Source: Candidatus Woesearchaeota archaeon
GTDB lineage: Archaea > Nanobdellota > Nanobdellia > Woesearchaeales > JABGXB01
NCBI GenBank assembly: GCA_018675975.1
Contig: JABGXB010000003.1
Coordinates: 267,821-331,820, forward strand
Reading direction: 5' to 3'
DNA length: 64,000 bases
Part shown: positions 9,415 to 18,711 of the stretch, piece after piece
Numbering within the stretch: the first letter of the stretch is position 1
How the letters are laid out: every line of letters begins with the position of its first letter
The notes under the pieces: model-generated
The model's input: only the letters and a program-made list of their open reading frames with translations
What the model was told of the DNA's origin: nothing
Database searches by the model: none
Made by a program: the position numbers and the translations under genes

Positions 9415-9694
9415 AAAAGAATTAATTGAAATTTTTGAAGATGTAATTGATCCAGAAATAAATATTGATATATGGACTATGGGATTAATTTATGATTATA
9501 AAATAGAAAAAGATAGAGTATGGATTAAAATGACCTTTACTACACCAACGTGTCCATTTGGTCCAGAATTAATTGAAGAAATTAAATCTAAAGTATTAAA
9601 CAAAGGATTAGAATTTTGTGATATTGATATAACTTTTGAACCACCTTGGAAACCAAGTGAAGATTTAAAAGAAATGTTAGGTATTGTAGATTAG
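9404..9694 (+). CDS. DUF59/MIP18-family Fe-S assembly protein (SufT-like)
   Basis: Motifs VIDPEINIDIWTMGLIY and TFTTPTCPFGPEL are typical of DUF59. It is the last gene of the suf cluster. Confidence 0.8.
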   Translation: MISKKELIEIFEDVIDPEINIDIWTMGLIYDYKIEKDRVWIKMTFTTPTCPFGPELIEEIKSKVLNKGLEFCDIDITFEPPWKPSEDLKEMLGIVD

Positions 9695-9873
9695 ACAAAT
9701 GTAGTGGTTAAATTTCAAATTTATGTTTAATTATTTAAACTGTCGTTGGTTAAATCAATAAATGTAGTGGTTAAAAATAAAATATATTTTTTATTAATGT
9801 AATTATCGTTAAATAAAGAAGTAAATATAGAAATTAAAAGAATATTTGAATCATCATAAATTTATATAATAAA

Positions 9874-9948
9874 TAGCGGAGGAAGGATTTGAACCTTCGA
9901 CCTTCGGGTTATGAGCCCGATGAGCACTCCAGACTGCTCCACCCCGCT
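9874..9948 (-). tRNA. Initiator tRNA-Met (CAT)
   Basis: The reverse complement folds as a 75 nt cloverleaf: acceptor AGCGGGG/CTCCGCT with A1:U72, anticodon loop CTCATAA flanked by three consecutive G:C pairs, and T-loop TTCAAAT. These are archaeal initiator hallmarks. Confidence 0.9.
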
Positions 9949-10148
9949 ATAATTCTCAGACTTATTAACTATTTATAAAGATTTCTTTGATATTATTTTT
10001 TTTCTATTAAATAATATTCATTCATATTAAAAGATTAAACTCCACACATAAAAAGATTTCAATAAAACAAAATAGAATTGAAAAGTTTTCAATTACATTG
10101 AAATGTTTTTTAACAAGTTTATTTTAAACTAAATGTGTATATGAATTT

Positions 10149-11102
10149 ATGAAAACAAAAAAAACTTTAACTAATTTAGTTTTATCAAGTTTAATTTCAC
10201 TAACGGCTTTTTCTTATAACCCAATGGATACTGGCTATATAGATAATTATAATTTTTATACAAAAAGTGATGCCAGAGAATATATTGTAAAAGAAGAAGC
10301 TGCACTATTAAAACATAGAGCTAAAACAACTAAGAATGAAAATTATAATTTAATTGCAGAAAAATTATTAGACAATATTGAATTAATGAGTAAACAAGCA
10401 TTTCGAGATTTTGAAAAAATACAATTACCTGGGGTACAAATAATTTTAAGTAGTAAAAATTTTGAATCTAGAGTTCAAAATGCATATTTAAAACTAAATG
10501 AAAATTTCCAATTAGATCCGGAATTAAATCAAGCAATAAATAATTTTAATACTTATGAAATAAAAAAATATATTGAAAATCAAAATTTATCAAAAAGAAA
10601 AGATTTAAATTCAGCACAATTAGAATTATTAAATAAATATTCAAAAACAATTAATTCATTTTTATCAGAAAATTATGAAACATTTTCACAAAAATCTTTA
10701 AGTTTACTTTCAAATTATGATTTTAATACACTTGAATTTAAACAATTTAATGATATTCAATATAATACAGTTGATTTAATGTATAAAAAATCAATTGGTG
10801 CATATAATGATACAATAGATAAATTATCTCAAAGCCCATTTGAATCAAAAATATTTAATCAAGTAATTGGTTTAAGTAATAGCATGTTCGGTTTTTTTAA
10901 TAAATTAGATAAAAAATATGGAGTAACAGATAATTTTAAATTTATAATAAATAAAATTGAAACTTATGTAAATGATCAAAATAAAAAAAGAAAAGAAAAA
11001 ATCCAATTAGAATTTATAGATGAAAAAGCACAGTATAATGGAGGAGATTTAAAATATAAATTTCATATCGATAGAGACTCTATATTTCAAAAAATGTTTT
11101 AG
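10149..11102 (+). CDS. Hypothetical secreted or anchored protein
   Basis: N-terminal signal-like segment (KKTLTNLVLSSLISLTAF), and the remainder is helical and Asn/Lys-rich. No recognised family. Confidence 0.5.
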   Translation: MKTKKTLTNLVLSSLISLTAFSYNPMDTGYIDNYNFYTKSDAREYIVKEEAALLKHRAKTTKNENYNLIAEKLLDNIELMSKQAFRDFEKIQLPGVQIILSSKNFESRVQNAYLKLNENFQLDPELNQAINNFNTYEIKKYIENQNLSKRKDLNSAQLELLNKYSKTINSFLSENYETFSQKSLSLLSNYDFNTLEFKQFNDIQYNTVDLMYKKSIGAYNDTIDKLSQSPFESKIFNQVIGLSNSMFGFFNKLDKKYGVTDNFKFIINKIETYVNDQNKKRKEKIQLEFIDEKAQYNGGDLKYKFHIDRDSIFQKMF

Positions 11103-11149
11103 CCATTAAATTTATAAAAGATTTGCCTACCTTAGTTGTATAAGTCTAA

Positions 11150-11232
11150 GCTGAGGTCGCATAGTCTGGTATTGCGCCGGATTGCTAATCCGGTTCCTTC
11201 GGGAAGCGTGGGTTCAAATCCCGCTCTCAGCG
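11150..11232 (+). tRNA. tRNA-Ser (GCT)
   Basis: An 83 nt cloverleaf: acceptor GCTGAGG/TCTCAGC, anticodon stem CCGGA/TCCGG with loop TTGCTAA, long variable arm TTCCTTCGGGAA, T-arm GTGGG-TTCAAAT-CCCGC, and discriminator G. Confidence 0.9.
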
Positions 11233-11271
11233 TTTTTTATTTATTTTATTATAGTCATCTATACTAAAAAA

Positions 11272-11356
11272 ATCCAAATATATATTATGGATTTGAACTA
11301 AAAGTTCACTTTCAAATGCTCTGCATTTGAAAGGTCGAAAATAAATATTTTCAGAC
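11272..11356 (+). other. Four back-to-back hairpins between tRNA-Ser(GCT) and the duplicate of its 3' end
   Basis: Hairpins read directly from the sequence: 11272-11292 (atcca/tggat), 11294-11308 (tgaac/gttca), 11309-11333 (11 bp perfect stem ctttcaaatgc/gcatttgaaag with a 3 nt loop) and 11334-11356 (gtcgaaaata/tattttcagac). Confidence 0.6.
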
Positions 11357-11374
11357 AATCCCGCTCTCAGCGTT
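11357..11374 (+). repeat. Direct repeat of the tRNA-Ser(GCT) 3' end (T-loop to discriminator plus 2 nt)
   Basis: The 18 bp aatcccgctctcagcgtt is identical at 11217-11234 and 11357-11374. Weaker similarity (ttca..aatc) continues just upstream. Both copies are followed by oligo-T. Confidence 0.75.
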
Positions 11375-11422
11375 CTTTTTTTAATAATAATATTTTATAA
11401 ATTAACAAATCATAAAAATAAT

Positions 11423-11695
11423 ATGAGAACTTCTTTATATAAAAATGCAATTGAATGTTCAAATGCTCTTGATGAAAAATTAAAAGAATTTGAATTAAAA
11501 TTAATAAATCCTAAAGATCATTTTGGAAGAGATTTAACTTCTTTTGAAAAAGGAAAATTAGCATATATAAGTCACCTTCCTAATCAAGAATTAAATATAT
11601 TAAATATGGGTCCTCCAAAAAAATTTTATGAAAGATTCAAATATAATTTAGGACAATTATTTGCATCTTTTGTAGATTCATATAATATAGATTAA
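11423..11695 (+). CDS. Hypothetical protein
   Basis: A 90 aa ORF with a TATA-like word upstream (tttataaatt at about 11394). No recognised family. Confidence 0.4.
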   Translation: MRTSLYKNAIECSNALDEKLKEFELKLINPKDHFGRDLTSFEKGKLAYISHLPNQELNILNMGPPKKFYERFKYNLGQLFASFVDSYNID

Positions 11696-11711
11696 AATTC
11701 TACAATATTTT

Positions 11712-13850
11712 TTAAAGATTTTTTTTATTATTATATTCTTTAATTTTACGAGACTGTTCTAAAAGAGTTTCTTCTTTTTCTTTTAATTTAAAATCAACAA
11801 AAGCAGATTTAAAATCCCTAACTAAATATTTATCATCTTTTGAATCAATATTATATTTAGAAATAATCATTTGTGATTGAGGCAAACCAATTTTATATGC
11901 TCTAGATAATTGTTGTTGAGTTAAATATGTTTCTTGAGAATTTATTTCTTTTATTCTTTCAATAATTTTATCTCTTTGTTCCCAATATTTATCTATAAAT
12001 TTTGCAGGATTAAAAAGAGGATCTGACATACCATTTAAAGGAATTAATGCACCCTCATAAGTAACTGCTTTTTTTGCTTTTTCTTCCTTTTTTTTACCAT
12101 GAACATCAATTACGGAATAAAATTCCTTTTCAGTTAAAATTGTATTTAATTCATCTTGATTATCTAAAATAAATTGTCCATATTCAGTAAGTGCATTTTT
12201 AATAGATTCTTGAGTTCCACCAGTAAATTTTGTTAATACAAGACCCGTATATCTTTGACCTTGTCTATATTTTTTTTGTCCTTCTAAAACCGTAAAAAAA
12301 CTAGACCAATTTAATGTTCCAAAATAAGTTTGAAGTACTAATAAATGTGTTTTCGAATGTGGCTCTTTTAAAAAATCCAAATAATCTTTATCAGTCAATA
12401 CATATTCATTACTATTAATTTCTTTATTTTCAGATTCAATTTCTTTTTGAGTAGCACCATCAAGAACAATTGCAGCTAAATCTTTGATTCCATTTTCAAT
12501 ATTATTATCTACAACTTCATCTGAAATAATAGAAACTAAACCTTTCTTTTTATTTTCTGATTCTACTTTATCTTTTAAAAATTGTTTTTGTCCATCTAAA
12601 ATTTTATCTCTATCATACCAAAAATAATCCATAAAATCTTTCAATACGTATTGTTCATTTTCATCAGGTTTAATATCAATACTTTCAAATATTCTATGAA
12701 ATTCTTTTCTTGTAATAGTGCTTTTCATCAGTAATATTGTTTTTAAATCTTCTTTTAAATAAGAATTATTTAATTGATCGTTATTTGTTTCATAAAAATT
12801 ATCTCTATTTTCTATGGAACTTAAAATTGCTTTTTCCTTTCCAACTAAATCAAAACATTCTCGTAAAGAAACACCAAAGTAATTTCCATCTTTTTTAAAT
12901 AAATTATCTAAATCAAAAGATTTAGTAAATTGTAATCTATCTTTATCTAAAATTTGATTATAAATTGCAAATAAAGTATACTTATTATGAGTTTGCTTAT
13001 AAAATTCATCTAATTTTTCAGATTCAAAAGTATTCTTTTCTAATGATTCAATAATAGCATGTCTTTTATCCCAATGATAATCAATAAAACCATGTAATGT
13101 AAAAACTCTTTGTTCGTATTCATCTTTAAAAATTTCTGACGAAATACTTTGAAAATGACTTTTAAAATTTCTTTCTGTAATATTAATTGCATCCATTACT
13201 ATTTTTCGAACATATCTTCGAGTTAATTTTTTACTTAAAACAGTTTCATATTCTTTTAAAAAAGTGTCTCTTCTTTCAATTGCTGCTTCAACATCTTTTT
13301 TCTTACCAGTTAAATCTCTATGTTTAAACAATAAACTTCCTAAATAATCACCCTCTTTATTTTTTTTCCCAAATCTAATTAATGGAGTAAAACTTGAAAT
13401 AGGTTTATCTGTAACTTCATTAAAAATTGCATATAATTCGTGTTTTGGATGATAAGTATTAAAAAATGTTTTTTCTTCTTCTTTTGGACTCTCTTTAACA
13501 ACTTCAGATTTTACATCCTTACTTTCGACTAAAGTCTCTAAAGCAATAGGAGCTTCAACAATAGGAATTTGAACAACAGGCTTAGATTTAATTTTTCTTT
13601 TCTCTTTTTTAACTTTGTCTTCAGTTTCAATATCTTTTTTTACATCATCTATATTTCTACTACTTGCCCTTAATAAAAAAGTCTCTAATGAAATTTTTGA
13701 TTGAGTTTCAACACTATCTTTTTCAACTGGTGTTTCTTTTCCCATTGTTTTATTTACAAAAAGAGTAAACGGACTGATTTCATTAGACTCGATCATTACT
13801 ATTGAGTTAAAAATAACAATTATAAACATTATACCAAATAAAAGATACAT
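11712..13850 (-). CDS. Hypothetical N-terminally anchored protein with three copies of a ~170 aa repeat module
   Basis: An N-terminal TM segment is followed by a Lys/Glu-rich linker. Three modules then each end in a conserved F(I/M)DY(H/F)W(D/Y)(K/D)R(H/D)xI-like motif (GFIDYHWDKRHAII, DFMDYFWYDRDKIL, KFIDKYWEQRDKII). Confidence 0.6.
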   Translation of the reverse strand: MYLLFGIMFIIVIFNSIVMIESNEISPFTLFVNKTMGKETPVEKDSVETQSKISLETFLLRASSRNIDDVKKDIETEDKVKKEKRKIKSKPVVQIPIVEAPIALETLVESKDVKSEVVKESPKEEEKTFFNTYHPKHELYAIFNEVTDKPISSFTPLIRFGKKNKEGDYLGSLLFKHRDLTGKKKDVEAAIERRDTFLKEYETVLSKKLTRRYVRKIVMDAINITERNFKSHFQSISSEIFKDEYEQRVFTLHGFIDYHWDKRHAIIESLEKNTFESEKLDEFYKQTHNKYTLFAIYNQILDKDRLQFTKSFDLDNLFKKDGNYFGVSLRECFDLVGKEKAILSSIENRDNFYETNNDQLNNSYLKEDLKTILLMKSTITRKEFHRIFESIDIKPDENEQYVLKDFMDYFWYDRDKILDGQKQFLKDKVESENKKKGLVSIISDEVVDNNIENGIKDLAAIVLDGATQKEIESENKEINSNEYVLTDKDYLDFLKEPHSKTHLLVLQTYFGTLNWSSFFTVLEGQKKYRQGQRYTGLVLTKFTGGTQESIKNALTEYGQFILDNQDELNTILTEKEFYSVIDVHGKKKEEKAKKAVTYEGALIPLNGMSDPLFNPAKFIDKYWEQRDKIIERIKEINSQETYLTQQQLSRAYKIGLPQSQMIISKYNIDSKDDKYLVRDFKSAFVDFKLKEKEETLLEQSRKIKEYNNKKNL

Positions 13851-13873
13851 ATTAAAAAATACACATTAAAAAA

Positions 13874-15754
13874 TTAATTAAATATTTTAGAAACTTCTTT
13901 TGAAACAATAGTTGGATTAACTTTACCTTTTAATTTGCCCATTAAAATACCCATTAATTTTCCACGATTAATATTAGAATCAGATTTCATTTCAAAATCA
14001 ATAATTTCTTTTATTTTTTTAATTGCTTCACCATCATCTAATAATTTATATTTTTTAGAAATAATTTCAATAGTAGAATTAGTATTTAAAAATTCTAAAA
14101 TAATATCATAAATACAAGCGTGATCAATTTTATTTTCATTCCACAACTCAAAAATAAATCTAGCCATATCTAAATCCCAATTAAACTCTAAATTATCTTT
14201 ACGTCTTAATTCTTTTGGAATGGATAAAAACTTTTCTGCAATACTTGATGATTTTAAATTTTTATTATCTTTAATTAATTCTTCAAAAATATTATTAGAA
14301 TAATCTTTAGAAATATCACGCGCAAGATCTTCACCTAAACCTAAAGATTTATATCGGTTAATTTTATCATCAATTAATTCAGGTAATTCTATATTACTAA
14401 TATCAGGAATAATACTTTTAACATCAGTTTCAGGATACATTCGAGAAGATCCTGGAATCGGTCTCATATAAACACTTGTAAACGTTTTCACTACAGCTCT
14501 AACTTCATCAATTACCCCAATTTTAATTGCCATTCTTGCACGTCTATATGCAGCAAATAAAGCTAAAATAACTTTTTCTTTTTTATCTGCACAAATTATG
14601 AATGCATCTTTTTCTTTACAATTTAATTCATCAATAATATGATTAACTTGAAAATTTTCAATTCCGTATTTTGGCAATTCATCACTATGAAAAATACCAC
14701 CAACACCAGATTCAACTTTTGCATAATCAGATAATTCAGAACCCAATCTACGATTATCTTGAATTTCACATCCTAAAAAACCTTTAAAACAATTTAATTT
14801 AATACCATAAACAACTCCATTATTATCTAAAGCAGAATTAATTACCTTGCTATCAGAGTTCTTAAAAATATCAGATAAATCAAAAATTTCTACATCTTCA
14901 AAATCATTTATATTATCATATTCAACTAATTCTTGATGACCATTAAACATTTTACTTAATTCATGTTTAATTTTATTAAGATTTATTTGTCTTAGAATTT
15001 CACTATCTATAATAATTTGTAAATTTTTTAAATCTTGAGCACCCTTTAACTCAACACGATTTCCACCATGAATTGAAATATTTAAATCTTGTCTAATTGT
15101 ACCAAGACCTCTTTTAACTTTATTCGTACTTCTAAGTAGCATTCCAATTTGGCTTGCAATTTGTTTTGCATGTTCAGGTGTTTTAATAGAAGCATCAGTT
15201 GAAATTTCAATTAAAGGAATACCTTGTCTATCTAATCTATAATCAATAGAATTATTATTTTTTGCTATATCCTTACAAGCATCTTCTTCTAATAAAATTG
15301 AATCAATATTTACATTTCCTATTTCATTTTTTAAAATACCATCACTTGCAATTAAACTAGTTCTTTGAAAACCACTAGTAACTGAACCATTAGCAATTAT
15401 TTTTCTCATTACTTCAATTCGTTTTACAATTTTTGCATTAACAAGTTTTGAAAAAACTAAAACAACATTTAATGCATCTTTATTTAAATCATGAGGAGGC
15501 TCCTCATCTAATTCCACAGAACAAGTTGTATCATAATAACCCTGATAATTATAAATTAAATTTTTTTGCATTTCAACTTTAGCTGCCACATCCATATCCC
15601 CTGACTCACCAGAACTAGCATGCATTTTTCTAGTTATTATAAAATCAGGCTCATCATCTCGCAATATAGAAGGACAATTACAAAACAATTTATTAGTATT
15701 TAATTGCTGATGAATTTCAATACCAATTTTTAAATTTAATTTATTATAATCCAT
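13874..15754 (-). CDS. gatE: Glutamyl-tRNA(Gln) amidotransferase subunit E
   Basis: The 626 aa protein starts with the GatB/E-type block GIEIHQQLNT..KLFCNC and ends in a YqeY-like tail. It lies directly downstream of gatD on the same strand. Confidence 0.95.
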   Translation of the reverse strand: MDYNKLNLKIGIEIHQQLNTNKLFCNCPSILRDDEPDFIITRKMHASSGESGDMDVAAKVEMQKNLIYNYQGYYDTTCSVELDEEPPHDLNKDALNVVLVFSKLVNAKIVKRIEVMRKIIANGSVTSGFQRTSLIASDGILKNEIGNVNIDSILLEEDACKDIAKNNNSIDYRLDRQGIPLIEISTDASIKTPEHAKQIASQIGMLLRSTNKVKRGLGTIRQDLNISIHGGNRVELKGAQDLKNLQIIIDSEILRQINLNKIKHELSKMFNGHQELVEYDNINDFEDVEIFDLSDIFKNSDSKVINSALDNNGVVYGIKLNCFKGFLGCEIQDNRRLGSELSDYAKVESGVGGIFHSDELPKYGIENFQVNHIIDELNCKEKDAFIICADKKEKVILALFAAYRRARMAIKIGVIDEVRAVVKTFTSVYMRPIPGSSRMYPETDVKSIIPDISNIELPELIDDKINRYKSLGLGEDLARDISKDYSNNIFEELIKDNKNLKSSSIAEKFLSIPKELRRKDNLEFNWDLDMARFIFELWNENKIDHACIYDIILEFLNTNSTIEIISKKYKLLDDGEAIKKIKEIIDFEMKSDSNINRGKLMGILMGKLKGKVNPTIVSKEVSKIFN

Positions 15755-15759
15755 TTTAA

Positions 15760-17058
15760 TTATCTTAAAAAAGAATCCTTATTTATATGATTATCAATTT
15801 CACCCTTTAAATTTTTATTATATAATTCAAGAATTTGACTCAAATCTATATTTTTACTCAATAAATAAGCAATTTTACAAAAAGCAGTTTCTATAGTTGT
15901 ATCCATTAAATGTCCAGCAATATTTAATTCGCTTAATTTTCTACCAGTAGAATAAACATTTTGATTAATTCTTCCATAAATAGTTTGTGCTGTAAAAATA
16001 ATTGGAATTTTTTGACTCATATTTTTTATCCAATCATAAAATTTATTATGATTTATTGTAAAGTTATCAATTTCATTAATTGGCATATTCCCAATACCAA
16101 CAGAACATATAATTAATGCATCAAAATTATTATACATTTCAAATTCATCTATATGCATATTGGGATGAATATATAAGATTCCAATTTTTAAATTAGAATT
16201 TAATTTAATTAATTTATTTTCAATTTTCTTATAATAATTATATTTTTCAAATTCATATGTTTTTGAAATTTTATCTTCAATCACATTTACACTTGCAAGT
16301 TCAATAGAATTAATTTGTCGAAACGCACCTCTAAAAGTTGTATGCATTTTTCTTACATTAACACCTTTTAAAATGTGACAAATATTATCTGATTCATTTT
16401 TATGCATACAAATAAAGATTCCTGATTTATCATATGTAGATAAAAATTTACTTGCTGCAGCCATATTAATATAAGCATCACTACTTCCCCTATCACTACT
16501 TCTTTGAGCACCAACAATTACAACTGGAATAGTTAAATCCTCAAACATAAAAGAAAGTGCCGCACTAGTATAATGTAAAGTATCCGTACCATGAGTAATT
16601 ATAACACCATCATAATGATTTTCAACTGCTAACTTTATTTCTTCTGCAATTAAATTATAATGATCAAATCTCATATCTTCAGACCACATTGCAGCTAATA
16701 ATTTAGTATCAAAATTACAATATTTATGCATTAAGCTAAACATATTTAATAATTCTTCAGGAGTTATTTTACTAATTACACCACCTGTTGCATAATCAAC
16801 CTTTGAAGCAATCGTTCCACCAGTATGTAATATTAAAATATTTTTCTTATCAGACGAATGAGAAAATAAATTTTCAATTTCTTTTGAATTATTTTGACTA
16901 TTTTTTTTTATAATTTCAAGTTTAGAACTTGCAGGTAAAGAAATATTATAACCTGAAGATAATTTTAAAACAATAAAATCTCCATCTTGTTTAATAAAAA
17001 TACCTTCATATAATTTACCATCATTTTCAATTTGTATAAAATCTTTAAATTCTGCCAT
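15760..17058 (-). CDS. gatD: Glutamyl-tRNA(Gln) amidotransferase subunit D (asparaginase-like)
   Basis: Asparaginase-type motifs HTGGTIAS and ITHGTDTL, with the archaeal GatD N-terminal domain. Confidence 0.95.
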   Translation of the reverse strand: MAEFKDFIQIENDGKLYEGIFIKQDGDFIVLKLSSGYNISLPASSKLEIIKKNSQNNSKEIENLFSHSSDKKNILILHTGGTIASKVDYATGGVISKITPEELLNMFSLMHKYCNFDTKLLAAMWSEDMRFDHYNLIAEEIKLAVENHYDGVIITHGTDTLHYTSAALSFMFEDLTIPVVIVGAQRSSDRGSSDAYINMAAASKFLSTYDKSGIFICMHKNESDNICHILKGVNVRKMHTTFRGAFRQINSIELASVNVIEDKISKTYEFEKYNYYKKIENKLIKLNSNLKIGILYIHPNMHIDEFEMYNNFDALIICSVGIGNMPINEIDNFTINHNKFYDWIKNMSQKIPIIFTAQTIYGRINQNVYSTGRKLSELNIAGHLMDTTIETAFCKIAYLLSKNIDLSQILELYNKNLKGEIDNHINKDSFLR

Positions 17059-17105
17059 AGAAATAGTTTTATTTAATGATTTTTAAATATTGTGACTATT
17101 AATAT

Positions 17106-18089
17106 TTAATTAAGCAATAAAGAAGTATCATATCCTGATAATTTATCCAAATCTAATAAATAATTATAAAAATCTTCAAAAGCAAGTCTTTGTGTAATAT
17201 CATCAGATTCAGCATATTTCTTACACCTATCAATCATATTTTTTAATCTATGATCTAAAAAATCCGTATTGGCACCAAAATCATTTTTATATAATACAGA
17301 ATGAATATCATACTTGGTATTCATCATACTGTAAAAACAACCAACAGCAAAATAAAATGTTCCATGTTCACTTAAATTATTATCTTCATAAAAATCCATT
17401 ATTAAATCAAATGTATCAGCATTAATCAATTCCATATTTGAATGACCAATCATTAAAGATCTAAAAGTGTGTTCCATTTTTGAAACAAGACAAGTGCCAT
17501 AATTTTCAGAATTATTATCTTGAATAAAATCATCAATATAATTTTTATCTGAAAATAAACCACCTTCAAATTTTTTTGTTAACTCAAATATAAATTTAGC
17601 ATGTTCAAAATTAATCCTAGAATCCTCTTTGTAAATCTGAGAGGCTTTTTCATAAAAATCATTACTTTCTCTTAAATGATTTGGAAACATATTTCCATCC
17701 AATTCCAAATAAGCCTTTCCTAAAGATAATAAAATATTTTTTTCTAATTCAGAATTTTTTTGGCCATGAAATATATAAGAAAGATGTAAATGTTTAATTT
17801 CACTCAATGGATCTTCATCATTAGAACATGATTTTGACCGTCTGTATAAATATAAAGCTTGTTCACCTCTTTGAAAAATAGGATATGTATATATTAAATC
17901 ATTAATTTCATTTTCTATATTAAATTTTAAATTCGTATGATAATCTTCACCATTAATTAATTCATGTTCAAGTACTTTGTAAAATGCACGAGAATAACAT
18001 TTTAATGAATCCTCAAAGTAACATTCAATCATAAATTCTCTGGCATGATTTAAAGTTGTAATTATTTGCTGTTTAATTCCTACTTCCAC
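17106..18089 (-). CDS. Hypothetical all-helical protein
   Basis: A 327 aa intact ORF with a repeat-helix (TPR-like) feel. No catalytic motif recognised. Confidence 0.5.
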   Translation of the reverse strand: MEVGIKQQIITTLNHAREFMIECYFEDSLKCYSRAFYKVLEHELINGEDYHTNLKFNIENEINDLIYTYPIFQRGEQALYLYRRSKSCSNDEDPLSEIKHLHLSYIFHGQKNSELEKNILLSLGKAYLELDGNMFPNHLRESNDFYEKASQIYKEDSRINFEHAKFIFELTKKFEGGLFSDKNYIDDFIQDNNSENYGTCLVSKMEHTFRSLMIGHSNMELINADTFDLIMDFYEDNNLSEHGTFYFAVGCFYSMMNTKYDIHSVLYKNDFGANTDFLDHRLKNMIDRCKKYAESDDITQRLAFEDFYNYLLDLDKLSGYDTSLLLN

Positions 18090-18111
18090 AACTCATACCA
18101 AAATCATGTAT

Positions 18112-18678
18112 TTATAAAGGTTTAGAAAATAATTTATTTTTAAATTCAGTCAATTTTTTATCATAATGTAATTTTAAAATATATTGTGATAAGTAATGAA
18201 ATCTAAATTTAAAATCAGTAACATATTTTAAAAATTCATTCCAATTACACTCAATTACTTTTATTTTTTCTCCATTATCTAATGATTGATCATATTTTTT
18301 AATACAATTTTTTGCAATATAAAAATGACAATTCCATTTAATTTTCCCATCTTTATTAAACACTTTAAACAATTTCCAATCATTTGAAACAAAACCACTC
18401 TCTTCTTTTAATTCTCTTTTTGCTGCTTGTAATGGAGTTTCTCCATTATCAATTCTACCACCAAAACAACCATGAACCCAATTATTCATACTAGGTTGAG
18501 TTTCATAAGGAATACATATTTTATTATCTTTTATTGCCAAAATTTGAACACCATCTGCTGTAACTGCAGTTTCAAAATATCCAACTTTACCATCATACAT
18601 TTTTTCTTTCCAAGAATAAATATCAATAAATTTACCAGAATATTTTTTTTTCAAATTATTTTTTTTATTAAAACTCAT
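18112..18678 (-). CDS. NUDIX hydrolase
   Basis: Nudix box GGRIDNGETPLQAAKRELKEESGF. Confidence 0.85.
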   Translation of the reverse strand: MSFNKKNNLKKKYSGKFIDIYSWKEKMYDGKVGYFETAVTADGVQILAIKDNKICIPYETQPSMNNWVHGCFGGRIDNGETPLQAAKRELKEESGFVSNDWKLFKVFNKDGKIKWNCHFYIAKNCIKKYDQSLDNGEKIKVIECNWNEFLKYVTDFKFRFHYLSQYILKLHYDKKLTEFKNKLFSKPL

Positions 18679-18711
18679 AAAATAAATTAGACTTTTGCAA
18701 TTATAAAATTA

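Noticed and set aside
9800-9873. Possible C/D box sRNA downstream of the initiator tRNA (ATGATGA on the minus strand, at plus-strand 9851-9857)
   Set aside because: No CTGA D box or terminal pairing was found within the expected 50-70 nt. A C-box-like heptamer alone is expected by chance in AT-rich sequence.
11272-11356. Minus-strand tRNA or split-tRNA half suggested by ggatttgaac
   Set aside because: I could not fold a cloverleaf or half-tRNA with an acceptor or anticodon arm. The T-stem positions do not pair. I describe it instead as a hairpin-rich element with a T-loop fragment.
18472-18690. 72 aa plus-strand ORF
   Set aside because: It is antisense to the NUDIX hydrolase gene.
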